A stretch of DNA of 64,000 bases from Nitrosopumilus sp. (GTDB lineage: Archaea > Thermoproteota > Nitrososphaeria > Nitrososphaerales > Nitrosopumilaceae): positions 896,001-960,000 of the forward strand of contig OY759726.1 of assembly GCA_963662625.1 (NCBI GenBank), in the 5' to 3' direction. Under the pieces are notes generated by a model that made no database searches, was not told the DNA's origin, and was given only the letters and a program-made list of their open reading frames with translations. The number at the start of each line of letters is the position of its first letter. Position 1 is the stretch's first letter. Below, piece after piece: positions 18,836 to 28,079 of this stretch. The position numbers and the translations under genes were made by a program.

Positions 18836-20401
18836 ATGAATTCTAGGAATCACAAGTATGCTCTATTAGTACTTGTGACCGCAGTAGCCATTACAGCAAC
18901 CGGTGCTATGTCACAGGCATATGCACAAAGCGTTGATGATGGCATGGACGGATACGTAAAGGGAACCAGTGGTATCTACACCGGCAATGCCAACGAATGT
19001 TGGTATGATGACGGCGACGGTGGCATGCTGCCCTGTATGATCGACACAGGTGATACAGCGTGGATGCTTACCGCCACGACACTAGTACTCTTCATGACTC
19101 CAGGAGTGGCATTCTTCTATGGCGGCCTAGCCAGATCGAAGAATGTCGTCAACGTGCTTGGCATGACCCTCATCGTGATGGGTCTGATGTCGGTACAGTG
19201 GATTCTATGGGGATACTCGCTAGCATTCGGCCCTATCGACAACGACGCAAACATGTTCATGGGAAGCCTTGCCTATGTTGGATTCAACCAGGTGTCCCAC
19301 TATGCACCGCTAGGTGAAGTGGGCCCGTGTGGAGACACATGGTCGGCGGCATACCAGATGAACGCGTTTGTTGATGCAGATGTCTGTAGTCAAGGATGGC
19401 CAGGTACGGTGCCTCACCAACTATTCGCAATGTTCCAAGCGACATTCGCAATCATCACACCCGCATTGATTGTCGGTGGGTTGATTGACAGGATCAAGTT
19501 TAGTGCATTGATGATATTCGTGCTCCTATGGGGAACCTTCGTCTATGATCCAATCGCACACTGGGTCTGGGGTGGCGGCTACATCGGGGGAGGGTCGTTA
19601 GACCTTGATCCAGATCTGTCGCCGACATTTGCTCTGGACTTTGCTGGTGGTACTGTAGTACACATTTCTTCGGGATTCTCTGCATTGGCAGGAGCCTTGA
19701 TCCTTGGCAGAAGACTAGGATACGGCAAGGTGCCGATGGAACCACACAACGTTCCGATGGTTGTACTTGGTGCATCCATTCTCTGGTTTGGTTGGTTTGG
19801 TTTCAACGCAGGGAGCGAAGTAATGGTAGACGGCATTACCGTCAGCGCATGGACTGTCACGAATACCGCAACAGGTATGGCTGTACTTACTTGGGTCCTT
19901 ATGTCGTGGGCCCATACAGGCAAACCAAGCATTGTTGGAGCCGCGACAGGCGCAGTAGCAGGATTGGTAGCAATCACCCCGGCCTCAGGCTGGGTGGGTC
20001 CAATGGCTGCAATTATAATCGGTATTGCTGCTGGTACAATCTGCTATGCAAGCGTATCGCTCAAGAATGCAAGAAAGTGGGACGACGCATTGGATGTATG
20101 GGGAGTACATGGAATGGGTGGTCTTACAGGCGCAATCTTGACTGGCACGCTAGCTAGTCCGCACATATGGGATACCGGCGACGGTATTGGCGCGTGGACT
20201 GGCACTGCAGAAGGAATGGAACAGCAAGCAATCAGCATCATAGGCGCTGCGATATCTATCGGATACGCCTTTGGTGTCACGATTGTAATCCTCAAGGTAA
20301 TGGATGCCGTTTGGCCTGGCGGAATCAGGGTCACTCCTAAGGAAGAGGAGATTGGCCTCGATTTGGCCCAGCACGGAGAAAGAGCATACGTCAACGAATA
20401 G
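18836..20401 (+). CDS. amt: Ammonium transporter (Amt)
   Basis: DTGDTAW, MTPG.AFFYGG, FQATFAIIT, DFAGGTVVH, WFGWFGFNAGS, GLVAITP, DDALDVWGVHG. Confidence 0.97.
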   Translation: MNSRNHKYALLVLVTAVAITATGAMSQAYAQSVDDGMDGYVKGTSGIYTGNANECWYDDGDGGMLPCMIDTGDTAWMLTATTLVLFMTPGVAFFYGGLARSKNVVNVLGMTLIVMGLMSVQWILWGYSLAFGPIDNDANMFMGSLAYVGFNQVSHYAPLGEVGPCGDTWSAAYQMNAFVDADVCSQGWPGTVPHQLFAMFQATFAIITPALIVGGLIDRIKFSALMIFVLLWGTFVYDPIAHWVWGGGYIGGGSLDLDPDLSPTFALDFAGGTVVHISSGFSALAGALILGRRLGYGKVPMEPHNVPMVVLGASILWFGWFGFNAGSEVMVDGITVSAWTVTNTATGMAVLTWVLMSWAHTGKPSIVGAATGAVAGLVAITPASGWVGPMAAIIIGIAAGTICYASVSLKNARKWDDALDVWGVHGMGGLTGAILTGTLASPHIWDTGDGIGAWTGTAEGMEQQAISIIGAAISIGYAFGVTIVILKVMDAVWPGGIRVTPKEEEIGLDLAQHGERAYVNE

Positions 20402-20410
20402 AAAAACCTA

Positions 20411-20436
20411 CTTTTCTTTCCTTATTTTTATTCTTC
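20411..20436 (+). terminator. Archaeal T-rich terminator after amt
   Basis: cttttctttcccttatttttattctt. Confidence 0.5.
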
Positions 20437-20475
20437 AACCCAAATCAATTTAGATTTGATCGTTTTACCAGCGTC

Positions 20476-21252
20476 ATGCTGATCTCGACCGCGGGGCTGG
20501 ACTCCATCCTAAACGATCCCGGCATCGTTCTCGTGGACGTCCGTTCCTTCAAGGAATATTCCGAGGGCCACGTCCCCGGAGCGGTGCACCTTGACCTGTT
20601 CGCGTTTCATTGGATCGACACGACGAGGCGGGGCATTGAAAACTTCAACGACCAGTCAAGGTCATTGCTGTCTTTTGTCGGGGCGGCCCCAGAAAAGACG
20701 GTCGTCTTTTACGACTCTGTATCCGGGATGCTCGCGGCGCGCGGGGTCTGGATGACTGCGTACCTCTCGCACCAGAAGGCCCTGATGCTGGACGGGGGGA
20801 TCTCAAAATGGCGGAGGGAGGGCCTCCCGCTGGAGACGAAGCCCAACGGGTTCCGGCCGTCCGAGTTTTCAGGCACGGCCAATCCCGGACTCGTCTCGGG
20901 GTTTGCTCATGTTAGGGAAAGCCTGGAGGGCGCCGTAATAATCGACGCCCGATCCCCCGGCGAGTATGACGGAAGCGTGGTCCGTGCGGCACGGGGAGGG
21001 CACATCCCCAACGCAGTCAACATCGACTGGCGCCTGAACCTCGCCGAGGACGGTACCCTCAAGAGCGATGAGGATCTGTCAGAGATTTACGGCATGCCCA
21101 AGCACGCCCAAATCATCACGTACTGCCAGGGGGCATACAGGGCGGCCAACACGTTTCTGGCCTTGAAGAAGCTGGGGTTCGACAACGTCCGGGTGTACCT
21201 GGGCTCGTGGGGTGAGTGGGGGAACCGCTTGGATCTCCCGATCTCAAAATAA
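20476..21252 (+). CDS. Tandem rhodanese sulfurtransferase
   Basis: GHVPGA, GHIPNA, active-site YCQGAYRA and YLGSWGEW. Confidence 0.92.
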   Translation: MLISTAGLDSILNDPGIVLVDVRSFKEYSEGHVPGAVHLDLFAFHWIDTTRRGIENFNDQSRSLLSFVGAAPEKTVVFYDSVSGMLAARGVWMTAYLSHQKALMLDGGISKWRREGLPLETKPNGFRPSEFSGTANPGLVSGFAHVRESLEGAVIIDARSPGEYDGSVVRAARGGHIPNAVNIDWRLNLAEDGTLKSDEDLSEIYGMPKHAQIITYCQGAYRAANTFLALKKLGFDNVRVYLGSWGEWGNRLDLPISK

Positions 21253-21383
21253 CGCGGAGGCCGCCGGCCAGGCACCTTGGGCCGCCATAAACGGCAAACC
21301 CACGGGCTTGGAATGGATCGCCGGCGCGTACCGGCACCCCCGGAACAGCGGTTGGGCGGCCCGGCAGTTTTTTGCAATAGGTG

Positions 21384-21470
21384 CTAGGAACTGATGTGCA
21401 TTGCACCGAAAATGGCAAATCCGAGCATAACTACCGCGGGAACCAGCGTAATGGCAAATTCTTTTGACAT
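21384..21470 (-). CDS. Unannotated 28-aa single-TM peptide
   Basis: MSKEFAITLVPAVVMLGFAIFGAMHISS in an AT-richer patch, with a ttaata box ~25 bp upstream. Confidence 0.55.
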   Translation of the reverse strand: MSKEFAITLVPAVVMLGFAIFGAMHISS

Positions 21471-21927
21471 AAACTATCGAGTTCCTACTCGGTATTAACC
21501 GTTAACATCAGGGCCGTGCTGCCCCCTTTGGCCTACAGACAAAACCCCCAGAATCCCCGCGGCGGGCGGCCCGCGCCCCGTCACGCCTGCGGAACGCGGC
21601 GTTCCCCCGATCCCGTTCCATGTCGGCACCGTGGAGATGGCGCATGGCAGGCGAGAAAGCACTGGCGGCGCGGCACTAGGAGGCCGGGAAGCCGGGCCGC
21701 GGGCCCCGCGGGGTTCTGCGGGTGCATGCCACGAGTACACGGGGCGGCCCCCAAAGACGCGCCTGGCCCGTGTGGACAGGCGCCTGGATTCCTGCGGGAC
21801 GGCCGGGCTGGCTTTGGCGCCATCCTTCAAACCCCCCGCCGCATCCGGCGGCACCCGCCCGGCGCTTTACGGGGCAGCTCGTACGGGAATGGAAGATGGA
21901 ACCCGAACGGTAGGGGGCCAGAGCGCC

Positions 21928-24024
21928 TTATTTCTTGTTTTTCCAGGAAAAAGAGTTGTAAACCATCTCGGGGACCAGCTGCCTGAACGGCTGGGATCCG
22001 CCCGCATACCACTTTGTAAAGAACTCATACAGGTGGAGCCTGAGCGACTGGATGTAGACTATCAGGCCCTCGATCATCATGATTCCTATCTGCCCTCCCA
22101 CGATCAGGACCAGTGCCGTGGGGGAGTCGAGCCCCCCCATCGATTCGTAGGCCCTGTTGACCGTGAGCAAGAGCGCCGCATGCACCAGCAACATTATCCC
22201 TATTCGGGCATAACTGATGGTGTGCGCCAGGCACTCGATGGTCTTTCCAAGCAGGACCTCCATGATCACGCTTACCATGTCTCCCCCCGCCTCCGGGTGT
22301 TTTTTGTTGTGTTTTATGCCGCCTATGATCATCATCACCATTGATGCGATCACAACTATCACGGAAATCCTGACTACTATCCATACCACTGCCCACTCCC
22401 CGAGAATCACCGTAACCCAGGGAACCACCTCGGTGTGGACCCTGGAATACATGTTCATCACGTCATACCCGGAGCCGATTGCCCCCATCATGACCCCGAA
22501 CACCCCCAGCCACATGGTCAGGTTGGGAATGGCCTCAAAGACCATCATGTCCTTGTCGCCGGTCCTCCAAAAGTTGTAGATGCGCAAGAGGAACGCCCAC
22601 CCCAAATGGATGACCCCCAGGAAGATCGACACCTTGAGAATCATTATCACCTGGTCAAACGTCAGCTCGGCCACCGTTATGGCCCCGACCAGCCACGAGA
22701 TCGAGTACAGTGGTCCTCCCTCGTGCAGCAGGGCCTCGAACCCTGCAAAGTGGTCTATGTGGAAGCCGAACAGCTCGCCCTGAAAGACGCCTGCTACAGC
22801 TCCCGCGGCGCCGGATATGGCAAGCAGCATGCCCCATCTGGAAAGCTTTCCCTGTCCCTTGAACTTGAACAAGAGGCCCAGCCCCATCAACAGCAGGCCG
22901 TGGCCCAGGTCCGCGAACATCACCCCGTAAAAGATGGGCCACATGAGGGCGATCATCCAGGTCGGGTCAAACTCGCCCTTTTTGGGAATCCCCTGGCTGT
23001 CCGTGATCACCTCAAACGTCCTGACCCACCTGGGGTTGTCCAAATGGACCGGGAGGGTGCCGTCCTTGCCCTCTCCCGCTTCTTCTGTAATCGACGTCCA
23101 CTGGCCGGTCACCTGCTTGAATTTCTGTTCCATCTTCTTGGGAATGTAGCCCTGGATGACCGCAAAGTTCTTCGTGCCGCCGGGCTTGCGTAGGGTCTCG
23201 AGGACCTCCTTTGCCACAAAGGCGTTTTCATGAATCGACAGCACCTGCCCGCGGATCTTCTTTGTGACCGATACAAGTTCCTTCGAAAGCTCCCCCTGCT
23301 TCTCCCCCAGCTCCTTCACCTTGGATTCGGCAAGGGCGTATGCCTCGCTTGGGACCTGCGGAAACTCCTTTGGAATGCTGAAGGGGCTTGAATTCAAGGC
23401 GCGCATGACCTTGAGGATCCTCTCGGACTCGTCCGCGCTGGATATTATGATTACGGCCGACTTTTCCTTGGATTCTAGCTCATACTTGAAGACCGGCGTG
23501 CCTTCCAACGATCTCACGATCTCGTCGTAATCTGCCGTGTTTATGACAAACATGTTCGAATAAAAATAACTCGTCAGCCCGAAATTGCCCAAGTCTATGT
23601 TCAGCTTGTTTGCAACCTGCAGGGCGTCCTTTAGCGCCCTAAACTCTTCCAAGGAGTGGCTGGTGCTGGAACTCTCTTCAAGCATCCTGGCCGCCTTTGC
23701 CACCTGCTCGGGGACGTTCTCCAGGTCCGCGACCATCTCCTCAATTTCGTCCAGCTCGTATTTTTTCTTCTTAAATACGGTGCCTTTGAAGAGTATCTCC
23801 ATGATTCCAACCCGCGGGGGAATGTTCAGCCCCTTGACAATCTCTTCGATGAACTGGTGTGATTTCTGGGCCCGGAGCAGCAGATCGTCGATCTCGGGAG
23901 TCAGGGTCTCGTTTTCCACCTCCACCTTGTGGAACCACTCAAACTCGGCAAGTCGGGAAATCGCCTTCGGGGACTCTGTTCTGGGCAATATCACACTTCC
24001 CATCAAAAGTTCGGCAACAGCCAC
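21928..24024 (-). CDS. atpI: A/V-type ATP synthase subunit I
   Basis: DPT, FYGVMFADLGHG, HTISYARI, YIQSLRLHLYEFFTKWY. Likely GTG start at 24024; the upstream part of the ORF is non-coding-like. Confidence 0.93.
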   Translation of the reverse strand: MAVAELLMGSVILPRTESPKAISRLAEFEWFHKVEVENETLTPEIDDLLLRAQKSHQFIEEIVKGLNIPPRVGIMEILFKGTVFKKKKYELDEIEEMVADLENVPEQVAKAARMLEESSSTSHSLEEFRALKDALQVANKLNIDLGNFGLTSYFYSNMFVINTADYDEIVRSLEGTPVFKYELESKEKSAVIIISSADESERILKVMRALNSSPFSIPKEFPQVPSEAYALAESKVKELGEKQGELSKELVSVTKKIRGQVLSIHENAFVAKEVLETLRKPGGTKNFAVIQGYIPKKMEQKFKQVTGQWTSITEEAGEGKDGTLPVHLDNPRWVRTFEVITDSQGIPKKGEFDPTWMIALMWPIFYGVMFADLGHGLLLMGLGLLFKFKGQGKLSRWGMLLAISGAAGAVAGVFQGELFGFHIDHFAGFEALLHEGGPLYSISWLVGAITVAELTFDQVIMILKVSIFLGVIHLGWAFLLRIYNFWRTGDKDMMVFEAIPNLTMWLGVFGVMMGAIGSGYDVMNMYSRVHTEVVPWVTVILGEWAVVWIVVRISVIVVIASMVMMIIGGIKHNKKHPEAGGDMVSVIMEVLLGKTIECLAHTISYARIGIMLLVHAALLLTVNRAYESMGGLDSPTALVLIVGGQIGIMMIEGLIVYIQSLRLHLYEFFTKWYAGGSQPFRQLVPEMVYNSFSWKNKK

Positions 24025-24505
24025 ACCACAACCACAGATTTTACATTTTAATACCTTTCTGAGCCGGAAAACTCTGGCCCGCGTCCCCCGTGTCCGAGGA
24101 TCCGAAGATGCGCGCACGGCCGCACCCTGATCGGGAACGCGGTGGACTTTATGCGTGAATCTCTCCGGCCGCGTGTCGGATAGCGGGAACAACCTGCAAC
24201 GGCACCCTGAGGCCGTGGCGGTGGCCCCAGCCCCCACATGACGTGTTCCGCCTGCCTGGGCGCTGCCATGCTGAAGAGCTCGATCCCTCCCCATTGGGGG
24301 GGGGGGCGCGGGGTCTCGGTTCCCGGGACGGGCTTGGTCGGACCGTCCTCCTCCCGGATCTTCTTCCTCCCGGCGGTGGGCGTCATAACGCCCCCTGCAA
24401 AGATCTTCCGGTGCGCCGCCGCCCTAACTGATCTGTTACGGTTTGGACCGTTTTTTGCTACTGGGAAGACTGGATCTGGTAAAAAGAAAATAAAGGAGAG
24501 AATCC

Positions 24506-25357
24506 CTAAAGCCGAGGAATTACTCTGGATTTTGCCGTGACTGCTATGGTGCTGACAATCGCGACGGCAAGCACTATCATCGCAATCGTTCCGAATTCCG
24601 GCACGACATTAGTGAACGCCAACTCCTCGCCGATTGGTCCGGCCAAGTCATTCACTCCATAACCCTGGAACACTATGCTGATGTCCACGGGATCACTGGT
24701 GCTGAGCGGCGCAGTGCTCATCGTCGCCACCCCCTCGTGCTCGTGTCCGCCTTCGTCGCGCAGGACGTCTTCGCCGTTCTGCGTTACCACTACGTCGTAG
24801 TTGACATGGTCCGAATCGGCGAACTTGATGGTGACCTGCAGCTGTTCGCCCGCCGTGGGCTCGCTAGTCCATACCGAGACCACATTGCCGTCAGACAGCA
24901 TTCCTTGTACGGCGGGATCGGTGGATTGCATGTCTAATTTCATTCCGTCATCCATCATGTCGTCGTCTGCCTGCACCACGATCAGCCCCTCCATCCACGG
25001 GTGGACTATGCAAAAGTACTGGACCTCGCCCACTTCCTCCGTCTTGAACTCGTAGGAAGCGCCAGCCATGACCAGGGAGCTGTCAAACACGCCGCTTGGG
25101 CCGTCCCTCGCGGTGCCGCCGGTGAACGTGTGCGCGACAGTGTCCGTGTTCGAGAATATCACGACCCCTCCGACGTCAACCGTCACCGTGGAAGGGATGA
25201 AGCACCCCTCGGGGGTGGTCTCGCATCCTGCCACGCCGGATCCCTGCGCCGGCACGACGGTGACTTCGGAATGATCCGCGAGTGCCGCGGGGGACGCCGC
25301 AAGCCCTGCCATGGCCGCAAACAGCACGAAAAAAGCGCCTATCGTTATTTTCTTCAT
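24506..25357 (-). CDS. Blue-copper (cupredoxin) PEFG-CTERM surface protein, copy 1
   Basis: Signal peptide; type-1 Cu ligands HTFT and YFCIVHPWM; C-terminal VPEFG + TM. Confidence 0.9.
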   Translation of the reverse strand: MKKITIGAFFVLFAAMAGLAASPAALADHSEVTVVPAQGSGVAGCETTPEGCFIPSTVTVDVGGVVIFSNTDTVAHTFTGGTARDGPSGVFDSSLVMAGASYEFKTEEVGEVQYFCIVHPWMEGLIVVQADDDMMDDGMKLDMQSTDPAVQGMLSDGNVVSVWTSEPTAGEQLQVTIKFADSDHVNYDVVVTQNGEDVLRDEGGHEHEGVATMSTAPLSTSDPVDISIVFQGYGVNDLAGPIGEELAFTNVVPEFGTIAMIVLAVAIVSTIAVTAKSRVIPRL

Positions 25358-25394
25358 TGGTTAAGTGCCATGCTTGGAGCATAAAAACCTCACT
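24959..25394. repeat. 436-bp direct repeat, copy 1 (partner 38162-38597)
   Basis: Identical by eye, including the promoter and cupredoxin domain; offset 13203. Confidence 0.9.
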
Positions 25395-25542
25395 AATCCC
25401 TAGTGGCACCTGCCCGGGGCCGCGTCGAGCTCCTCGTAGATGAAGAACACCGGCACTGATCGATCCACCGCGTCCGGAATCCTTATGACGCACCCGTCAA
25501 TAGGGCTATGATTTAAATATGGATTTGTCAGGCAATAAGCAA

Positions 25543-25854
25543 ATGAGATCTACAGTCTTGGTACTCTCAATAACAGCAGTTGCATTTCTTGTTGCCGGCG
25601 TGGTAGAAGTCGCGCATGCCCAAGAAGCCGCATCCGGCGGCATGAGTGATGGCTCCAAGCTGATCGGCGCAGGAATCGCGTTCGGCGTTGCGGCCGGCGG
25701 GGCCGGAGTAGGGTTGGGATATGTAGGTTCTGCGGGATTGGCGGTAATCAGCGAAAACCCCGCTCTGCAGTCCAAGGTATTCATCTTCATCGGAATGGTA
25801 GAATCAATTGCCATCTACGGCATAGTCATGATGTTTATCATCTTGGGGCAGTAG
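25543..25854 (+). CDS. atpK: A/V-type ATP synthase proteolipid subunit K (c)
   Basis: GAGIAFGVAAGGAGVGLG...FIGMVESIAIYG with the conserved Glu; N-terminal signal-like extension. Confidence 0.93.
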   Translation: MRSTVLVLSITAVAFLVAGVVEVAHAQEAASGGMSDGSKLIGAGIAFGVAAGGAGVGLGYVGSAGLAVISENPALQSKVFIFIGMVESIAIYGIVMMFIILGQ

Positions 25855-25866
25855 CACGCAAGATTT

Positions 25867-26328
25867 TCAATTATATTTTAGCCGGTTTACGTCCAAGATT
25901 CTGGAGCAGTACCTGCATTTGAGCACCCTGCCTTCTCTGTCAACCACGTCCATCACCGACTCTATGTGTTCGGTGCTGTTTGTTATGCAGTCGGGGTTTG
26001 AGCACCTGAATATCCTTTCTATCTCGTTGGGCAGCGCCACCCTCCGCTTCTCTACCAGCTTGTAGTCCCTGATGATGTTTATCGTGGCCTTGGGCGCGAT
26101 GACAGCCAGCTTGTTCGTGTCATCGCCCTTTAGGAACCTGTTTTCCACCTTGATGATGTCTTTTTTCCTGAATTTTCCGCTGGGCACATTCAGCGCAATG
26201 GTGATGAGGCCCCCGTCCCCGCCGTCTATCTGCAGTGCGCTTAGGACCTGGAGGCCCTTCCCCTCGTCAATGTGGTCTATTACGGTACCGCCCCGGATGC
26301 GCCGGACCATGAGCTCTGACTGTTCCAT
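25867..26328 (-). CDS. pyrI: Aspartate carbamoyltransferase regulatory chain
   Basis: GTVIDHI, KKDIIKVE, CSNPDCIT, CRYC. Confidence 0.95.
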   Translation of the reverse strand: MEQSELMVRRIRGGTVIDHIDEGKGLQVLSALQIDGGDGGLITIALNVPSGKFRKKDIIKVENRFLKGDDTNKLAVIAPKATINIIRDYKLVEKRRVALPNEIERIFRCSNPDCITNSTEHIESVMDVVDREGRVLKCRYCSRILDVNRLKYN

Positions 26329-26369
26329 TAGAATACTATGTATAAGCACCCGTATATATTACTGAAAGA

Positions 26370-27299
26370 ATGAATGAGTTCTACCAGAAGGACATCATAT
26401 CAATCAAGGACTTTGACAGGGACAAGCTTGAAAAAATATTTGCCTACACCGACAAGATCATGAAGATGGATCCTGCTGGCAGGCGCGAAATCTGCAAGGG
26501 GAAGACCCTCGGGTACCTGTTTTACGAGCCCAGCACGAGGACCAAGCTGAGCTTCGACTCCGCAATGGCGTCGGTAGGTGGCAATTCGCTAGGGATCTCT
26601 GACACCTCCTCGTCCTCCATACAGAAGGGCGAGAGCCTCGCAGACACGGTCAGGATGGTGTCTATCAACTCTGACGTGCTGGTACTGCGCCATCCGCTGG
26701 ACGGCTCCAGCCGGTTTGCCGCAGAGATTTCGCCAAAGCCCGTGATCAACGGGGCAAGCGGGACTGAGGAGCACCCGACACAAGCAATCCAGGACCTCTT
26801 TACCATCCGAAACGAGAAGAAAAAGATTGACGGGCTGAAGATCGGCATAGTCGGCGACCTGAAGTACGGCCGGACAGTCTACTCGCTTTTGTACGGCCTT
26901 GGAAACTACGACGTCGACATCCACCTGATCTCCCCCGAGTCGTTGCGGATCCGCTCGGACTCTGTCTACGAGATAAAGCAACGGCTTTCCTTCGACGAGT
27001 CGACAAACGTCGAGGACAACATCGACGACCTTGACGTGCTTTACGTGACCAGGATTCAAAAGGAGCGGTTTCCAGACGAGGAGGAGTACCTCAAGGTAAA
27101 GGGAAGCTACGTCGTGGGGATGGACCTGCTTCGTAAAATGAAGGAGGACTCGATCATACTGCACCCGCTGCCGAGGGTGGACGAGGTGTCTGCAGACGTG
27201 GATGCCACAAAGAATGCGAGGTACTTCGAGCAGGCCGAGTACGGAAAATTCACCCGCGCCGCGCTGCTTGGACTGACGCTCAACGAGGATGGGTTTTGA
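26370..27299 (+). CDS. pyrB: Aspartate carbamoyltransferase catalytic chain
   Basis: FYEPSTRT, HPTQ, GDLKYGRT, RIQKER, HPLPR. Confidence 0.97.
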   Translation: MNEFYQKDIISIKDFDRDKLEKIFAYTDKIMKMDPAGRREICKGKTLGYLFYEPSTRTKLSFDSAMASVGGNSLGISDTSSSSIQKGESLADTVRMVSINSDVLVLRHPLDGSSRFAAEISPKPVINGASGTEEHPTQAIQDLFTIRNEKKKIDGLKIGIVGDLKYGRTVYSLLYGLGNYDVDIHLISPESLRIRSDSVYEIKQRLSFDESTNVEDNIDDLDVLYVTRIQKERFPDEEEYLKVKGSYVVGMDLLRKMKEDSIILHPLPRVDEVSADVDATKNARYFEQAEYGKFTRAALLGLTLNEDGF

Positions 27300-27347
27300 C
27301 CGGGATCTCGCATTCCATATATCCGGAGGCCCCGCGGTACCGGTAGA

Positions 27348-28058
27348 TTGAGCAAAAAGAGCACCCTCCCCATATTCCCGCTGGATCTGGTCCTGTTTCC
27401 GCGCCAGGAACTGCCGCTTCGAATATTCGAGCCGAGGTACAAGCAGCTTGTCGACGACTGCATGGTGGATGACGGGCAGTTTGGCGTGTGCCTAATCGAT
27501 CCCCACGACTTCATCAGGGGCTGGAACGCGCCAAAACCAGTAGGCACAGTCACAAAGATCACCCGGTGCAAGGACGTCGGGCTGGACGGGATGCAGCAGC
27601 ACATAGAGACGGTCGGGCGGAACAAGTTCAGGATAAGCAAGATCATCCCGCCATCCTTTGAGCAGCCGCGTGACTATGATCCATACACGATGGAGGGGCA
27701 CCAGGCCATCTCGGACCTGCATGAGAGCGCGGGCACCGGCGAAAAGATGTACATACGGGCAGAAGTCGAGATGGTTCCGGAGATTGACGAGAACGTCCCC
27801 GCATCCGGGTGGGAAGAGCTGGTGCGGCTGTGGAAGCGCAAGGTGGCCCGGCAGGCGCTCCCGCGGGTGGTGGAGCCCCGCGCGCTGGACCGCGTACTTG
27901 AGCAGTATTACCTTTCGACCGACACGCCGACGATCGACTACGTCTACTCGTTGTCCGCCCTCGGGGCGGCGGGGCCCGGCGATCTGCAGCCTATACTGGA
28001 GGCAGGTACGATGGACACGCTGCTCCAAAAAGTCAGGGAATTGATGACAGTAAAATAA
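27348..28058 (+). CDS. LON peptidase N-terminal (substrate-binding) domain protein
   Basis: LPIFPL.LVLFP...LPLRIFEPRY. Confidence 0.85.
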   Translation: MSKKSTLPIFPLDLVLFPRQELPLRIFEPRYKQLVDDCMVDDGQFGVCLIDPHDFIRGWNAPKPVGTVTKITRCKDVGLDGMQQHIETVGRNKFRISKIIPPSFEQPRDYDPYTMEGHQAISDLHESAGTGEKMYIRAEVEMVPEIDENVPASGWEELVRLWKRKVARQALPRVVEPRALDRVLEQYYLSTDTPTIDYVYSLSALGAAGPGDLQPILEAGTMDTLLQKVRELMTVK

Positions 28059-28079
28059 CCCGTAAATCCATAGGAAGCG

